A stretch of 64,000 nucleotides of DNA from Pseudomonadota bacterium (GTDB lineage Bacteria; Desulfobacterota; Desulfobacteria; Desulfobacterales; RPRI01): the NCBI GenBank assembly GCA_043825875.1, contig JBDRRF010000051.1, forward strand, positions 32,001 through 96,000. The letters are read 5' to 3'. Of this stretch, positions 22,901-32,000 are shown in pieces; within the stretch, counting starts at the first letter, position 1, and every line of letters begins with the position of its first letter. The notes beneath the pieces were generated by a model, which was given only the letters and a program-made list of their open reading frames with translations, ran no database searches and was not told the DNA's origin. Position numbers and translations under genes: made by a program.

Positions 22901-22998
22901 AACATTTCAAAGCTCTGGAAAATAATATCGACTTTATGATGGCTGATAATTACTCAACATTTTCTGAAAAGATATCATCAACTGATCAAAATACATAA
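19972..22998 (+). CDS. res: Type III R-M system restriction subunit (Res)
   Basis: EMETGTGKT, IIDEPQ, LRYSAT, EGWDNPNVFQIC, QEIGRGLR, YNPDWA...VVESKG nuclease motif; start moved to MKIQFNPN. Confidence 0.95.
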   Translation: MKIQFNPNLDFQHEAINSVTDIFKGQEICRTNFTIAPIKYDPQTKLEFENLRNDLGIGNHLKLGDEDIFENIKAIQLRNGLAPSESLDSLNFTVEMETGTGKTYVYLRSIFELNRLYGFTKFIIVVPSVAIKEGVYKSLQMTETHFKGLYENVQFDYFIYDSQKPGPVRNFATSDYIQIMVINIDAFRKSFTDPEKEDKANIIHRPHEKMAGNRPIEFIQATKPIVIIDEPQSVDTTSKSKEAIASLNPLCALRYSATHVEKYHMMYKLDSVDAYQQKLVKQIEVSGIEIKDSHNKAFIRLLKVDNKKSPITAQIEIDAKQRTGYVKRVKKTVRSGNDLLEISGGRSIYDGYIIEDIYCEKGNEYISFTSKPDIVRLNQAIGEVNDEAYKRLQIRKTIEKHLENEKELRPRGLKVLSLFFIDRVSNYRWYDDKGNPQPGIYAKIFEEEYNREITKPKYYTLFDGADLETTAQDVHNGYFAIDKKKTTSGRSVEIFKDSHGEGKASADESAYRLIMQDKERLLSFDTKLKFIFSHSALKEGWDNPNVFQICTLNETSSVMKKRQEIGRGLRIAVNQDGERVHGFDVNTLTVMANESYEEFAKQLQKEIEEETGIKFGIIEKHIFANILVPTDGHQAEYLGIETSHLLWNHLESEGYIDKNGKVQNLLRSDLKESKVILPEKMADVSQQILAIIQKTAGKLNIRNSDDRKKAELNKAVYLSDDFQQLWEKIKYKTTFRVDFDPKKLIEKCADEINKTLIVGRTRFITRTATLDVDRGGVNAQEVYETMSVYNDRDYDLPDLVSYLQNETNLTRRSIVAILKASGRLQDFKNNPQKFIEQVTSIIKHQMQVFIVDGIKYERIGYHHYYAQEIFKENELYGYLKKNMLESKKSVFDHIVYDSDIEADFARSFELSKDVKVYAKLSGWFKIETPLGSYNPDWAVLVETENQQRLYFVVESKGSRFSEELRITENAKIQCGRKHFKALENNIDFMMADNYSTFSEKISSTDQNT

Positions 22999-23004
22999 CA
23001 GATT

Positions 23005-23168
23005 GAGCCACTTTCAAAACGTTTCAGTTTGGTCAAGCTCAAGGCGGGAGAAAATTTCAACCGCAGGAATACATTGAGTATTTCGAGGATAGCGCTAAAG
23101 CTTCACTTCGTGCGAAATTTGAGCCCAACGCAGAGATCGGCCAAAATGGGACGTTTTGAAACTGGCTC
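23005..23168. repeat. 142-bp palindromic element, copy 2, with a 22-nt net insertion
   Basis: Same termini as copy 1; extra AGCGCTAAAGCTTCACTTCGTGC at 23091-23113. Confidence 0.9.
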
Positions 23169-23175
23169 AGATTGA

Positions 23176-23523
23176 TTATTTAATGATGTCTATAACACTT
23201 CCAAGCATTTCATCATAAATCGATATCATCTTTAAGTTTGCCTCATATCCATGTTGAGTCGGAATAGTTTGTACAATTTCTTCGGCAATATCAACATTAG
23301 ACATTTCTCTAATTGTCGGATCTCCGGGTTCAGAATATAAAGCGCCCGGTGTATCTACAACACTGATCTGGGCATCTACGCTTCCATTAGATAATTCAAC
23401 AATATCGGTTCTGCTTTTTTTAAATTCATCCGTATTAACATTTGCTAAATTATTGCCACTTACACCCATTTTGGTGCTAAAAGCAAAAAGAGCTGAAACA
23501 TTATTATATACTGAATTTATCAT
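23176..23523 (-). CDS. Short flagellar basal-body rod/hook-like protein (N- and C-terminal rod motifs only)
   Basis: 'GNNLANVNTDEFK' and 'EMSNVDIAEEIV...YEANLKMI...EMLGSVIDI'; GGAGG RBS before ATG 23523. Confidence 0.85.
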   Translation of the reverse strand: MINSVYNNVSALFAFSTKMGVSGNNLANVNTDEFKKSRTDIVELSNGSVDAQISVVDTPGALYSEPGDPTIREMSNVDIAEEIVQTIPTQHGYEANLKMISIYDEMLGSVIDIIK

Positions 23524-23558
23524 GGCAACCTCCAACATTAGATTTTACTCATTAATTG

Positions 23559-23585
23559 TTATCGGCAAAATTTTTTAAAACTTTA
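23559..23585 (-). promoter_or_regulatory. Sigma-28 (FliA) promoter
   Basis: Perfect consensus TAAAGTTT-N11-GCCGATAA on the minus strand, 35 nt upstream of the flagellar-rod-like gene. Confidence 0.8.
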
Positions 23586-23597
23586 ATGAAAAATATA

Positions 23598-23621
23598 TTA
23601 ATTCCAAATGCGGTTACCCTG
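23598..23621. repeat. 24-bp exact repeat, possible solo IS/MITE end
   Basis: TTAATTCCAAATGCGGTTACCCTG is identical at 58325-58348. Confidence 0.65.
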
Positions 23622-23697
23622 TGTAATACTGGATGCCAGATTAACGAAAACAAAAACCTCTGTTAGATCAAATAACCGTTTATTATTAAGGATCAGT

Positions 23698-24453
23698 ATG
23701 GATATAGTCTTGGAATCAACAAAAATTACAGTACTGGCTTCAGGAAAGGCTTGGCTGGCACTGGATAAACCGGCAGGAATTACTGTTCACAATGCATCGG
23801 GAAAAGACCTGTGCTCGATTGCTAAAGATTTGGTTCGAAAGGATGACGTAATCCGTAACCGTTTGGGTCTTATGACAGAGATTGATTTTTCTCCCGTTCA
23901 TCGCCTGGATAAAGAAACCAGCGGAGTTATTATTCTTGCTGCCGACCGGGAAACTTTATGTTTTTTTTCGGATCAGTTTAAATCCCGCAAAATAGCCAAA
24001 CAATATATAGCGATTCTGCACGGCCAGCTGGACATCCCGAAACAAATAAATCTATGGGAATCGTGGACATGGCCGCTATCCAAAACGGCAGGTGGACGAC
24101 AAAATCCCCAGGGGCCAGGCCAGCGGATACCCAGCGAGACCCGATTCAGGATTATGGAACACAGCCCCCATTACACCATGGTAGAAATCGATCTTCTCAC
24201 CGGGCGCAAGCATCAGATTCGCCGCCATGCCAAGCTTTCCGGCCACCCGGTGGTGGGTGACACACGTTATGGTTCAACCAGGGCTGCAAATTACTTAAAA
24301 CAACACGCAGGATTTATCCGCCTCGGGCTGCATGCCCAGGCCATTACAATACATATACCCGGAGAAAAAACCCCACAGATCATCAAAACGTCCTGTATTC
24401 CTGCCGAAATGCAAAACCTGTTTGAAACAGATCGGAAAGCAGCTGTGATTTAA
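23698..24453 (+). CDS. RluA-family RNA pseudouridine synthase
   Basis: DKPAG, VHRLDKETSG, TGRKHQIRRH, GHPVVGDTRYG, LHA. Confidence 0.92.
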   Translation: MDIVLESTKITVLASGKAWLALDKPAGITVHNASGKDLCSIAKDLVRKDDVIRNRLGLMTEIDFSPVHRLDKETSGVIILAADRETLCFFSDQFKSRKIAKQYIAILHGQLDIPKQINLWESWTWPLSKTAGGRQNPQGPGQRIPSETRFRIMEHSPHYTMVEIDLLTGRKHQIRRHAKLSGHPVVGDTRYGSTRAANYLKQHAGFIRLGLHAQAITIHIPGEKTPQIIKTSCIPAEMQNLFETDRKAAVI

Positions 24454-24496
24454 ATCAAATAGAATTGCATAGATTGTTTGCGACATAATGTTTCAA

Positions 24497-25714
24497 TTAA
24501 TTTTTCTTTTGCGTTTTTTTATCACCATGAGGAAGCATCAGGATAAATGGTATTGCCCCAAACCCTAAAAATGCACTTAATGTATATGTTGCCTTAAGTC
24601 CTATCAGATCCCCCAGTAAACCTACAATTACCGTAATTGCCGAACGGGCCATAAAAGAAGACATCATGAATATGCCGTTTGCGGCTGAAGGACTGTTAGT
24701 GCTGTTTTCCTGCACAATCGCAAGCATCACCGGTGTTGTTGAAAGCAGGGTAAACCCCGTAAGAACAAGAAGCACAAAGCGAAACCAGCTATCAACCCAT
24801 ACAAAAGAAAGCAGCATGAAAGGAGCCCCTACAAGGGAAAAAAGTAACACCCGCCGTCTGCCCAATGCATCACTTAAAGAACCCGCTGAGATTATACCAA
24901 CCACACCTGCTGTTTCCACAAGAGTTAAAGATATCCCTGCCAGCCATAAATTTCCAGATTGCTGCTTAATAAAAGTCGGCAGGAAAGTCGTTATTACGGC
25001 ATGCATGAATCCCCGGCTAATAAGAATCGCCATAAGTGGAAATAATATATGCCGCATCTCCATCCAAGTGCCCCACAAAGACGGGTGAACTAAACCTCTT
25101 TTGCTTTTGGCGGGAACATCCTTGAATGTAAAAAACAACCACACAGAAGAGGCTATCCCAAAAACCATAAGGGGATATAAGCCTTCAAGGCCTAATAGTG
25201 AAACCCCGCCAACCGCCACAAGGGGCCCCACCGCTCTTGCCAGTTCTCCTCCGGTCATGTAAAAGCTCATGCCCCGTCCGGTATAAACACCTGATACTCC
25301 GGCTATCAGGGTTGGAGAAGGCACATGAAACAAAGATACACTGATCCCTGTGATAAACAGCAATATAAGAAGCATTCCATAACTCGGAGCCAATCCTATA
25401 AGACTCATAGGAATTGCGGTAAGTGACGGAGCCAATATTATAAACCAGCGTACATTGATTCGATCAGCCCACACACCTATTAACGGATTAAAAAGTGACG
25501 GAAGCTGCATTACAGTGGAAAGAAGCCCTGCACGTACAAGGGTAAGGGAAAATTTTTCAATAAGCAAAGGAAGCAGAGGAGAAAGAAAACCTGAGTAAAC
25601 ATCATGGACAAAATGACAAGCGGATAGCAATAAAACAGCTTTGGCCTTAAAGCGCTCCGGATTGCTATTGCTATTTGAGTTATCAGATTCTATTTCCTGC
25701 TGCATCCTGTCCAC
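24497..25714 (-). CDS. MFS transporter, Fsr (fosmidomycin resistance)-like
   Basis: HFVHDVY...PLLP, FHVP, GRGMSFYMTGG, GSLSDALGRR; about 12 TM helices. Confidence 0.85.
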   Translation of the reverse strand: MDRMQQEIESDNSNSNSNPERFKAKAVLLLSACHFVHDVYSGFLSPLLPLLIEKFSLTLVRAGLLSTVMQLPSLFNPLIGVWADRINVRWFIILAPSLTAIPMSLIGLAPSYGMLLILLFITGISVSLFHVPSPTLIAGVSGVYTGRGMSFYMTGGELARAVGPLVAVGGVSLLGLEGLYPLMVFGIASSVWLFFTFKDVPAKSKRGLVHPSLWGTWMEMRHILFPLMAILISRGFMHAVITTFLPTFIKQQSGNLWLAGISLTLVETAGVVGIISAGSLSDALGRRRVLLFSLVGAPFMLLSFVWVDSWFRFVLLVLTGFTLLSTTPVMLAIVQENSTNSPSAANGIFMMSSFMARSAITVIVGLLGDLIGLKATYTLSAFLGFGAIPFILMLPHGDKKTQKKN

Positions 25715-26003
25715 TCCTGCCGAAATCTATAACAGACATACAGTTTAAAATACAAGCGATCATTAAGGTTCATAAGCCAAAGTATATCGGAAATTTTTCT
25801 TAAGGAAAGTCGCATACCTCTAATACCCCTCCCCTTTTTTTTCATAATACACCCTGTTTCAATATAATCGTTTAAATACATATAGCCAAGAAAAGCCTGC
25901 ATAAATTTACATTAAATAAAGCGAGCCCCAAAATATAACCGGATACCCATAAAAAAACTCAGGGGGTATCTCATGTTTATTTACTTTCAGCAAATTATTT
26001 AGC

Positions 26004-26031
26004 TTGACCTTATTAATTATTTCTGTATATT
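26004..26031 (+). promoter_or_regulatory. Sigma-70 promoter candidate for the oxidoreductase/Hdr operon
   Basis: TTGACC-N16-TATATT, 45 nt before the first ATG. Confidence 0.4.
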
Positions 26032-26076
26032 GTTTTTACTTCATTTTAACGAACAACATAATTTTGGATAATAGTT

Positions 26077-26343
26077 ATGAATTTCTGGCGCGTTCCGTTT
26101 GATGCAAATGATATTGAAGTTTCCAGGGGTATTGTATATATCCTTGATGACAGATGCAAAGGATGCGGGTATTGCATCGAATACTGTCCAAAACAAATGC
26201 TTGAATTTTCACCTAAATTCAATAAAAAAGGGTACCATCCCCCTGTTGCTAAAAATCCGGACGACTGTGTGAATTGTCATTATTGCGAAATCATCTGCCC
26301 CGAATTTGCAATCTATTCAGCCGAAGCCAAACCGTCAGAATAA
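26077..26343 (+). CDS. 2-oxoacid:ferredoxin oxidoreductase delta subunit (2x[4Fe-4S])
   Basis: CKGCGYCIEYCP and CVNCHYCEIICP. Confidence 0.9.
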   Translation: MNFWRVPFDANDIEVSRGIVYILDDRCKGCGYCIEYCPKQMLEFSPKFNKKGYHPPVAKNPDDCVNCHYCEIICPEFAIYSAEAKPSE

Positions 26344-26379
26344 ATAAGCAGTAACCATATAAATATTAAACGAGGATAA

Positions 26380-27528
26380 ATGAAACCAGCTGTACTTACA
26401 GGTGCACATTATATTACAGGCGATGAAGCCTGCGCAGAAGGAGCGCTTGCTGCCGGTTGTAGATTTTTCGGCGCTTATCCTATTACACCTGCTACTGAAG
26501 TTGCCGAACGTATATCCGAAAGGCTTCCTGAGGTTGGTGGAACTTTCATTCAGATGGAAGACGAAATTGCCGCTATGGCATCCATTCTCGGAGCTTCATG
26601 TGCAGGAGTTAAAAGCATGACTGCAACATCGGGCCCTGGATTCAGCCTGATGATGGAAAACATAGGCCTTGGAATTGTAACGGAAACACCTTGTGTAGTG
26701 GTTAACGTGCAACGCGCCGGTCCTTCTACCGGACTTCCTACAATGGGGGCGCAGGCGGACATGATGCAGGCAAAATGGGGATCGCATGGAGATTATGAAA
26801 TCATTGCACTTGCCCCATCTTCTCCCCAAGACATTTTTTACCAAACAATCACAGCCTTTAATCTGAGCGAAACATTCAGATTGCCTGTACTTATAATGAC
26901 AGATGAAATCGTGGGTCACATGAGTGAAAAAGTAATCATACCCAATGCTAAAGATATAGATATAGTATCCAGGGCTGTTCCAAAAGGCAGGAAAGATAAC
27001 TTCAAGCCTTTCAAACCTGCTCCACCGTATGGAATTGCTCCAATGCCTGCGGCAGGAGACGGGTATAAGGTACATTTCACAGGACTTACCCATGATGAAA
27101 AAGGTTACCCTGTCATGACTGTAGAAGCACAGGCAATAATGATGGATCATCTTATGAACAAGATCCGCAATAACCTTGATAAAATAATTATGACTGAAAG
27201 ATATAGGTTAGATGATGCGGATATTGCGATCGTATCATATGGCGTATCAACACGTACAAGCCTTGCTGCAGTAGACGAAGCACGAAAAATGGGAATCAAG
27301 GTCGGGTTGTTGCGGCTTATTACCGTATGGCCGTTTCCGGAAGACCAAGTGCGGCAACTTGCCAATCAGGTAAAAGGTTTTGTAACTGTGGAACTCAACC
27401 TTGGCCAAATACACTACGAAGTCCAGCGATGCGCAGGATATAAAGTGCCGAGTTATTTGGTCGGCCACCCCGGCGGCTCTGTCATATCGCCAGATGAAGT
27501 AATAAAGGTATTAAAGGAGGCATTTTAA
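26380..27528 (+). CDS. 2-oxoacid:ferredoxin oxidoreductase alpha subunit (KorA-like)
   Basis: YPITPATE, QMEDEIAA, TATSGPGFSLM, QRAGPSTGLPT. Confidence 0.93.
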   Translation: MKPAVLTGAHYITGDEACAEGALAAGCRFFGAYPITPATEVAERISERLPEVGGTFIQMEDEIAAMASILGASCAGVKSMTATSGPGFSLMMENIGLGIVTETPCVVVNVQRAGPSTGLPTMGAQADMMQAKWGSHGDYEIIALAPSSPQDIFYQTITAFNLSETFRLPVLIMTDEIVGHMSEKVIIPNAKDIDIVSRAVPKGRKDNFKPFKPAPPYGIAPMPAAGDGYKVHFTGLTHDEKGYPVMTVEAQAIMMDHLMNKIRNNLDKIIMTERYRLDDADIAIVSYGVSTRTSLAAVDEARKMGIKVGLLRLITVWPFPEDQVRQLANQVKGFVTVELNLGQIHYEVQRCAGYKVPSYLVGHPGGSVISPDEVIKVLKEAF

Positions 27529-27530
27529 TT

Positions 27531-28367
27531 ATGCCTGAAACATCCAGAAAAACTTCAAAATCACCGGTACATCCGTTAGACGATCTATTACGAACCGATC
27601 GCATTCCTCATATTTGGTGTTCGGGCTGTGGTACCGGAACCGCATTTTCTTCAACCCTTACAGCTATAAAAGCAAGCGGGCTTGAACTTGACAATGTTGT
27701 AATGGTATCCGGAATCGGTTGTTCGGGAAGGGCTGCGGGGTACGTCAATCTTGATTCTTATCATACTACACATGGGAGAGCCATCCCGTTTGCAACCGGA
27801 ATGAAACTTGCCAATCCAAAACTTAATGTAATCGTATTTTCTGGCGATGGTGATCTTTTTGCTATAGGCGGAAACCATTTTATTCATGCCGCCAGACGAA
27901 ATATGGATATAACCGTTATTTGTGTAAATAATTTAAATTACGGAATGACGGGTGGCCAGGTAGCTGCAACAACCCCGTTTCATGCCAAAACATCGACAAC
28001 AACGGTAGGAAACCCCGAAGCGCCCTTTAATCTGCCTCTTCTGGCATATGCATCAGGAGCGACATATATAGCCAGATGGACAATACTTCATACTAGGGAT
28101 CTGACAAATTCCATAATTGAAGCCCTTAACAAAAAGGGGTTCTCGTTTATAGAAGTTTTATCTCCGTGCCCGGTAAATTACGGCCGGCGCAACAAGGAAA
28201 AATCTCTTGATACTTTAAAGCTATATAAGAAAGGCATCATCAAGAATAATTCCAATCCTGCCGATACGGATATTGATTTTGAGAAAGGGATTATTTTAGG
28301 TAAATTCGTTGATATCGATAAAGCTACCTGTATCGAAAATTATGACAATACATGCAGGCTAATATAA
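27531..28367 (+). CDS. 2-oxoacid:ferredoxin oxidoreductase beta subunit (TPP-binding)
   Basis: WCSGCG, SGIGCS, GDGD...NN motif, YGMTGGQ. Confidence 0.93.
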   Translation: MPETSRKTSKSPVHPLDDLLRTDRIPHIWCSGCGTGTAFSSTLTAIKASGLELDNVVMVSGIGCSGRAAGYVNLDSYHTTHGRAIPFATGMKLANPKLNVIVFSGDGDLFAIGGNHFIHAARRNMDITVICVNNLNYGMTGGQVAATTPFHAKTSTTTVGNPEAPFNLPLLAYASGATYIARWTILHTRDLTNSIIEALNKKGFSFIEVLSPCPVNYGRRNKEKSLDTLKLYKKGIIKNNSNPADTDIDFEKGIILGKFVDIDKATCIENYDNTCRLI

Positions 28368-28407
28368 AATTTCAAATTTGAAATCTCAAATTAAACGAGT
28401 GAATTTC

Positions 28408-29013
28408 ATGGCTGATACAAAACAAATTAATGCTACAACCACGGAAGTTATCATAACGGGATTCGGCGGCCAGGGCATCATACTTGCCGGTCGTATCATC
28501 GGTAAGGCGGCCGCCCTCGGCGATGGCAAAGAAAGCACACTCGTGCAGTCTTATGGGCCTGAATCCAGAGGAGGAGCATGCAGTGCGCAGGTTGTTATCT
28601 CCGATCGTTCCATTCATTATCCTTATATAAGGCAACCGGATATTCTTGTATGCATGTCTCAATCGGGATATGAAAAATATATCGATCACATGAAAGATAA
28701 TACTCTCCTTTTGGTTGACGAAGATCTTGTGCATCCGGAAAAATCAAATAATGATCCTTTTCCAATACCTGCCACAAGAATGGCTGAAGAACTTGGCCGG
28801 AAAATGATGGCAAATATCATTATGACCGGTTTTTTCACAGCCATTACCCAGAAAATATCTCTTAAAGCAGCCGAAGATACTGTTGCCGAATCGGTTCCCA
28901 AAGGAACGGAAGAAGCAAACATTAAAGCATTCAAAAAAGGTTATGATTTCGGCCTCGCCCTTCTCAAGGGCCGTGAGAAAAAGGCCGCTGGTAAAATAGG
29001 AGCAATTGCATGA
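28408..29013 (+). CDS. 2-oxoacid:ferredoxin oxidoreductase gamma subunit
   Basis: GFGGQGII, QSYGPESRGG. Confidence 0.92.
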   Translation: MADTKQINATTTEVIITGFGGQGIILAGRIIGKAAALGDGKESTLVQSYGPESRGGACSAQVVISDRSIHYPYIRQPDILVCMSQSGYEKYIDHMKDNTLLLVDEDLVHPEKSNNDPFPIPATRMAEELGRKMMANIIMTGFFTAITQKISLKAAEDTVAESVPKGTEEANIKAFKKGYDFGLALLKGREKKAAGKIGAIA

Positions 29014-32000
29014 AACGCGCTAAAGACCGTCTTCACCGGGTTATGATTATAGGAGCCACTCCTGCCGGAATTACAGCAGCAAACAAACTCGGCGAACTTG
29101 GCATTCCTGTAACTCTGGTAGATTCGGAATCAGATATAGATAGCAAACTAAACAATGAAAAATGGCGCTTAAATTCCGGTGTGCCCTTAAATTATGCACA
29201 TCGTCCCGGACTTGTAAGAATTTTCAGAAATCCGAATATTCAATGCATCTTACCTGCCGACATTAAATTTATAAAACACAGCCCTCAGGGTTTTATGGTA
29301 CGCCTTGAAAGGCATCGCACCTTTATAGATCCTGACAAATGCACACTATGCGGGCAATGTGTAGAAGTATGTCCTGTTGAAATCCCTGCTGACAGCGCAC
29401 AGGAAAAACAAAGCACAAAAAAAGCGGTTCATATCAACAGCCGCCACAGCCTTCCCGGCATGCCGGTAATTGATAAACGAAAAAGGCCACTATGTCAGGA
29501 AAACTGCCCGCTTGGAGTAAATGTCCAGGGATATATCGCACTTACAAAAGCCGGAAAATTTAATGAAGCACTTGAACTGATAAGAAGAGATAATGTTCTT
29601 CCGGCTGTCTGCGGCCGCATATGCACTCATCCGTGCGAAGCCGCATGCCGCAGAGGAGAACTGGACGGGCCTGTTGCCATAAGGGATATAAAGCGGTTTG
29701 TCACAGATTACCAAACCCCGAAATATGTAAAAACAGGTACGGTAAATGCAGAAAAAAAGACAGAAAAAATTGCTGTGATAGGCTCCGGTCCCTCAGGACT
29801 TGCGGCTGCGGCCGAGCTCGCACGTATGGGTTATCCGGTTACTGTTTTTGAGCAAGAAAAAATGGCGGGAGGCCTTCTTCGCTACGGCTTAGGTGCTCAC
29901 CGGCTACCAAGAGATATCCTCGATAAAGAAATTGAATATATCGAAAATCTGGGAGTACATTTCAAAACAGATCATCTTATTAATATGGATTCCGATATTG
30001 ATAAGATGAAAAACGATTTTCAATCAATTATTATCACTACCGGAGCATGGTCAGACAGACGGCTTGGAGTACCGGGCGAGGGTTTTGAAGGAATTGAGGG
30101 TTGCCTGTCTTTTCTTGTAAAATTTTATAGAAATGAAGCTCAAAAAATTAACGGGAAAATAGCTGTTATCGGCGACGGCAATGCGGCATTTGATCTTGCA
30201 AGAACACTGAAAAGAATTAATCCTGATGTTACAATCCTGTCATGGTTTGCAAAAGAACTCATCCCTGCAGAACCCGAAGAAGTAAAAGCAGCTATAGATG
30301 AAGGCATTATAATAAAAGACAGCACTCAAACTATCGAGTTTTTAGGTCAAAATGGCACACTGGATAAGCTTTTATGCGTACCCACAGAACCCGGAGAGCC
30401 GGATGAAAACAATATAGCCTGGCCTGTAAGAATAAAAGACAGCACCCCTTTTGAATTAAAATTTGATAAAGTCTTTGTCGCTATAGGCCAAAAAGGATCA
30501 TATAAAAATACCGGCAATAACCACGAGATTACGGCTAAATCCAATGGAACCATAGAAACGGATTATGCTTTCAGAACAAATCTTTCCGGGGTATATGCGG
30601 CAGGAGACACCGTGTCCGGCCCCAGTTCCGTTGTTTCTGCAATGGCAACCGGCAGACAGGTGGCACAAGCAGTGCATAAAGATATATGCAAAGCCCCCGG
30701 TGCAGCGGAAAGCATGCCTTCTGCCTTGCAACGGCCTGATAACAGGGATTTTGATGACATACCAAAATCATTAGCCTTTTGTGCACGCTCTGCCATGCCT
30801 GAACAGCAACCTGCCGAACGTATAAAATCTTTTACGGAGGTTGCCCTTGGTTTAGATGAATCACAGATTTCTTATGAAACTCAAAGATGTCTACAATGCG
30901 GAATATGTTCGGAATGCCTCCAATGCCAAAGTGTTTGCAGTGCAATCGGCGCAATAAACCATTCGCAGACACACGAAGAAATTATCGAGCACACCGGAGT
31001 AGTTATAATCGCAGATCCGGATATACACGCACAGGTAAAAGGCGATGACGTAATACGCGCATACGGTCCTAAAGCAGCAAAGCAGGACGTGCAGGACATG
31101 ATTGTACGCGGATATGCTTCAGCTGCTCAGGCAATGGTCCTTCTCCGCAAGAACTCACGCACTCCAAGAGGACATGGAATATCTTTTCTTGCGCCGGACC
31201 AGGGACTTTCTCCTGTTATTCGCATAGGTGTTTTTGCATGCAAATGCAATAATTCCATGGGGTGGCTCAATGATATGGACTCGTATATCAAAAGTTTGAA
31301 ATCTCAATCGGATATTGTTCATGCCGAAACAATAAATTCGGCATGTATTCCAGACGGCTCTTCCCATATTCTTAAAACTATACGTGACCTAGGCATTACA
31401 CGTGTTGTCCTTGCTTCATGCGTATGCTGCCCTTTAAACTTTATTTGCAGCGCATGTACTGACCAGAAAAGCAGACTAAAGGAAGCCCTGTTTGCAGCAA
31501 CAGGAGTGAGCCGTTCAATGGTGGAAACCTGTAACTTAAGAGGAGAAGTACTTCGCCTCGTAAATGATCATCCCAAAGCGGCTACTAATAAATTCATAGG
31601 GCTTATAAACCGTTCCATAGACCGTGCAAAGCAATTAAAAGCGCTTCCAGCCCTTGCAAGAAATTGCAATATGTCAACCGCCGTTATAGGAGAATCAGAG
31701 TCAGCTTTAACCAGTGCAATGACACTTGCGCAAACAGGATTCGATGTTTTTTTATTCGGATCATTCGAGCACCCGCCGGTTCATCCAAATATTCATATCT
31801 TTCAGGGAGCAACGCTAACAGGCTTAAGCGGGACAATCGGCGAATTTCAGCTTACAATACAAACACAGGATTTTGAGCAGACTATACATGCAGGCGCAGT
31901 AATACTCGGAGAAAAATCGCGTAAAAAGATTCAGTATATTCAACAGAAAGGGCTTGCCGGAATCAGCATAAAATCGGGAAGACAGAAAAAAGACATTTTG

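Noticed and set aside
23000..23173. 5-bp target-site duplication (AGATT) around repeat copy 2
   Set aside because: The other three copies show no comparable duplication, so it may be chance.
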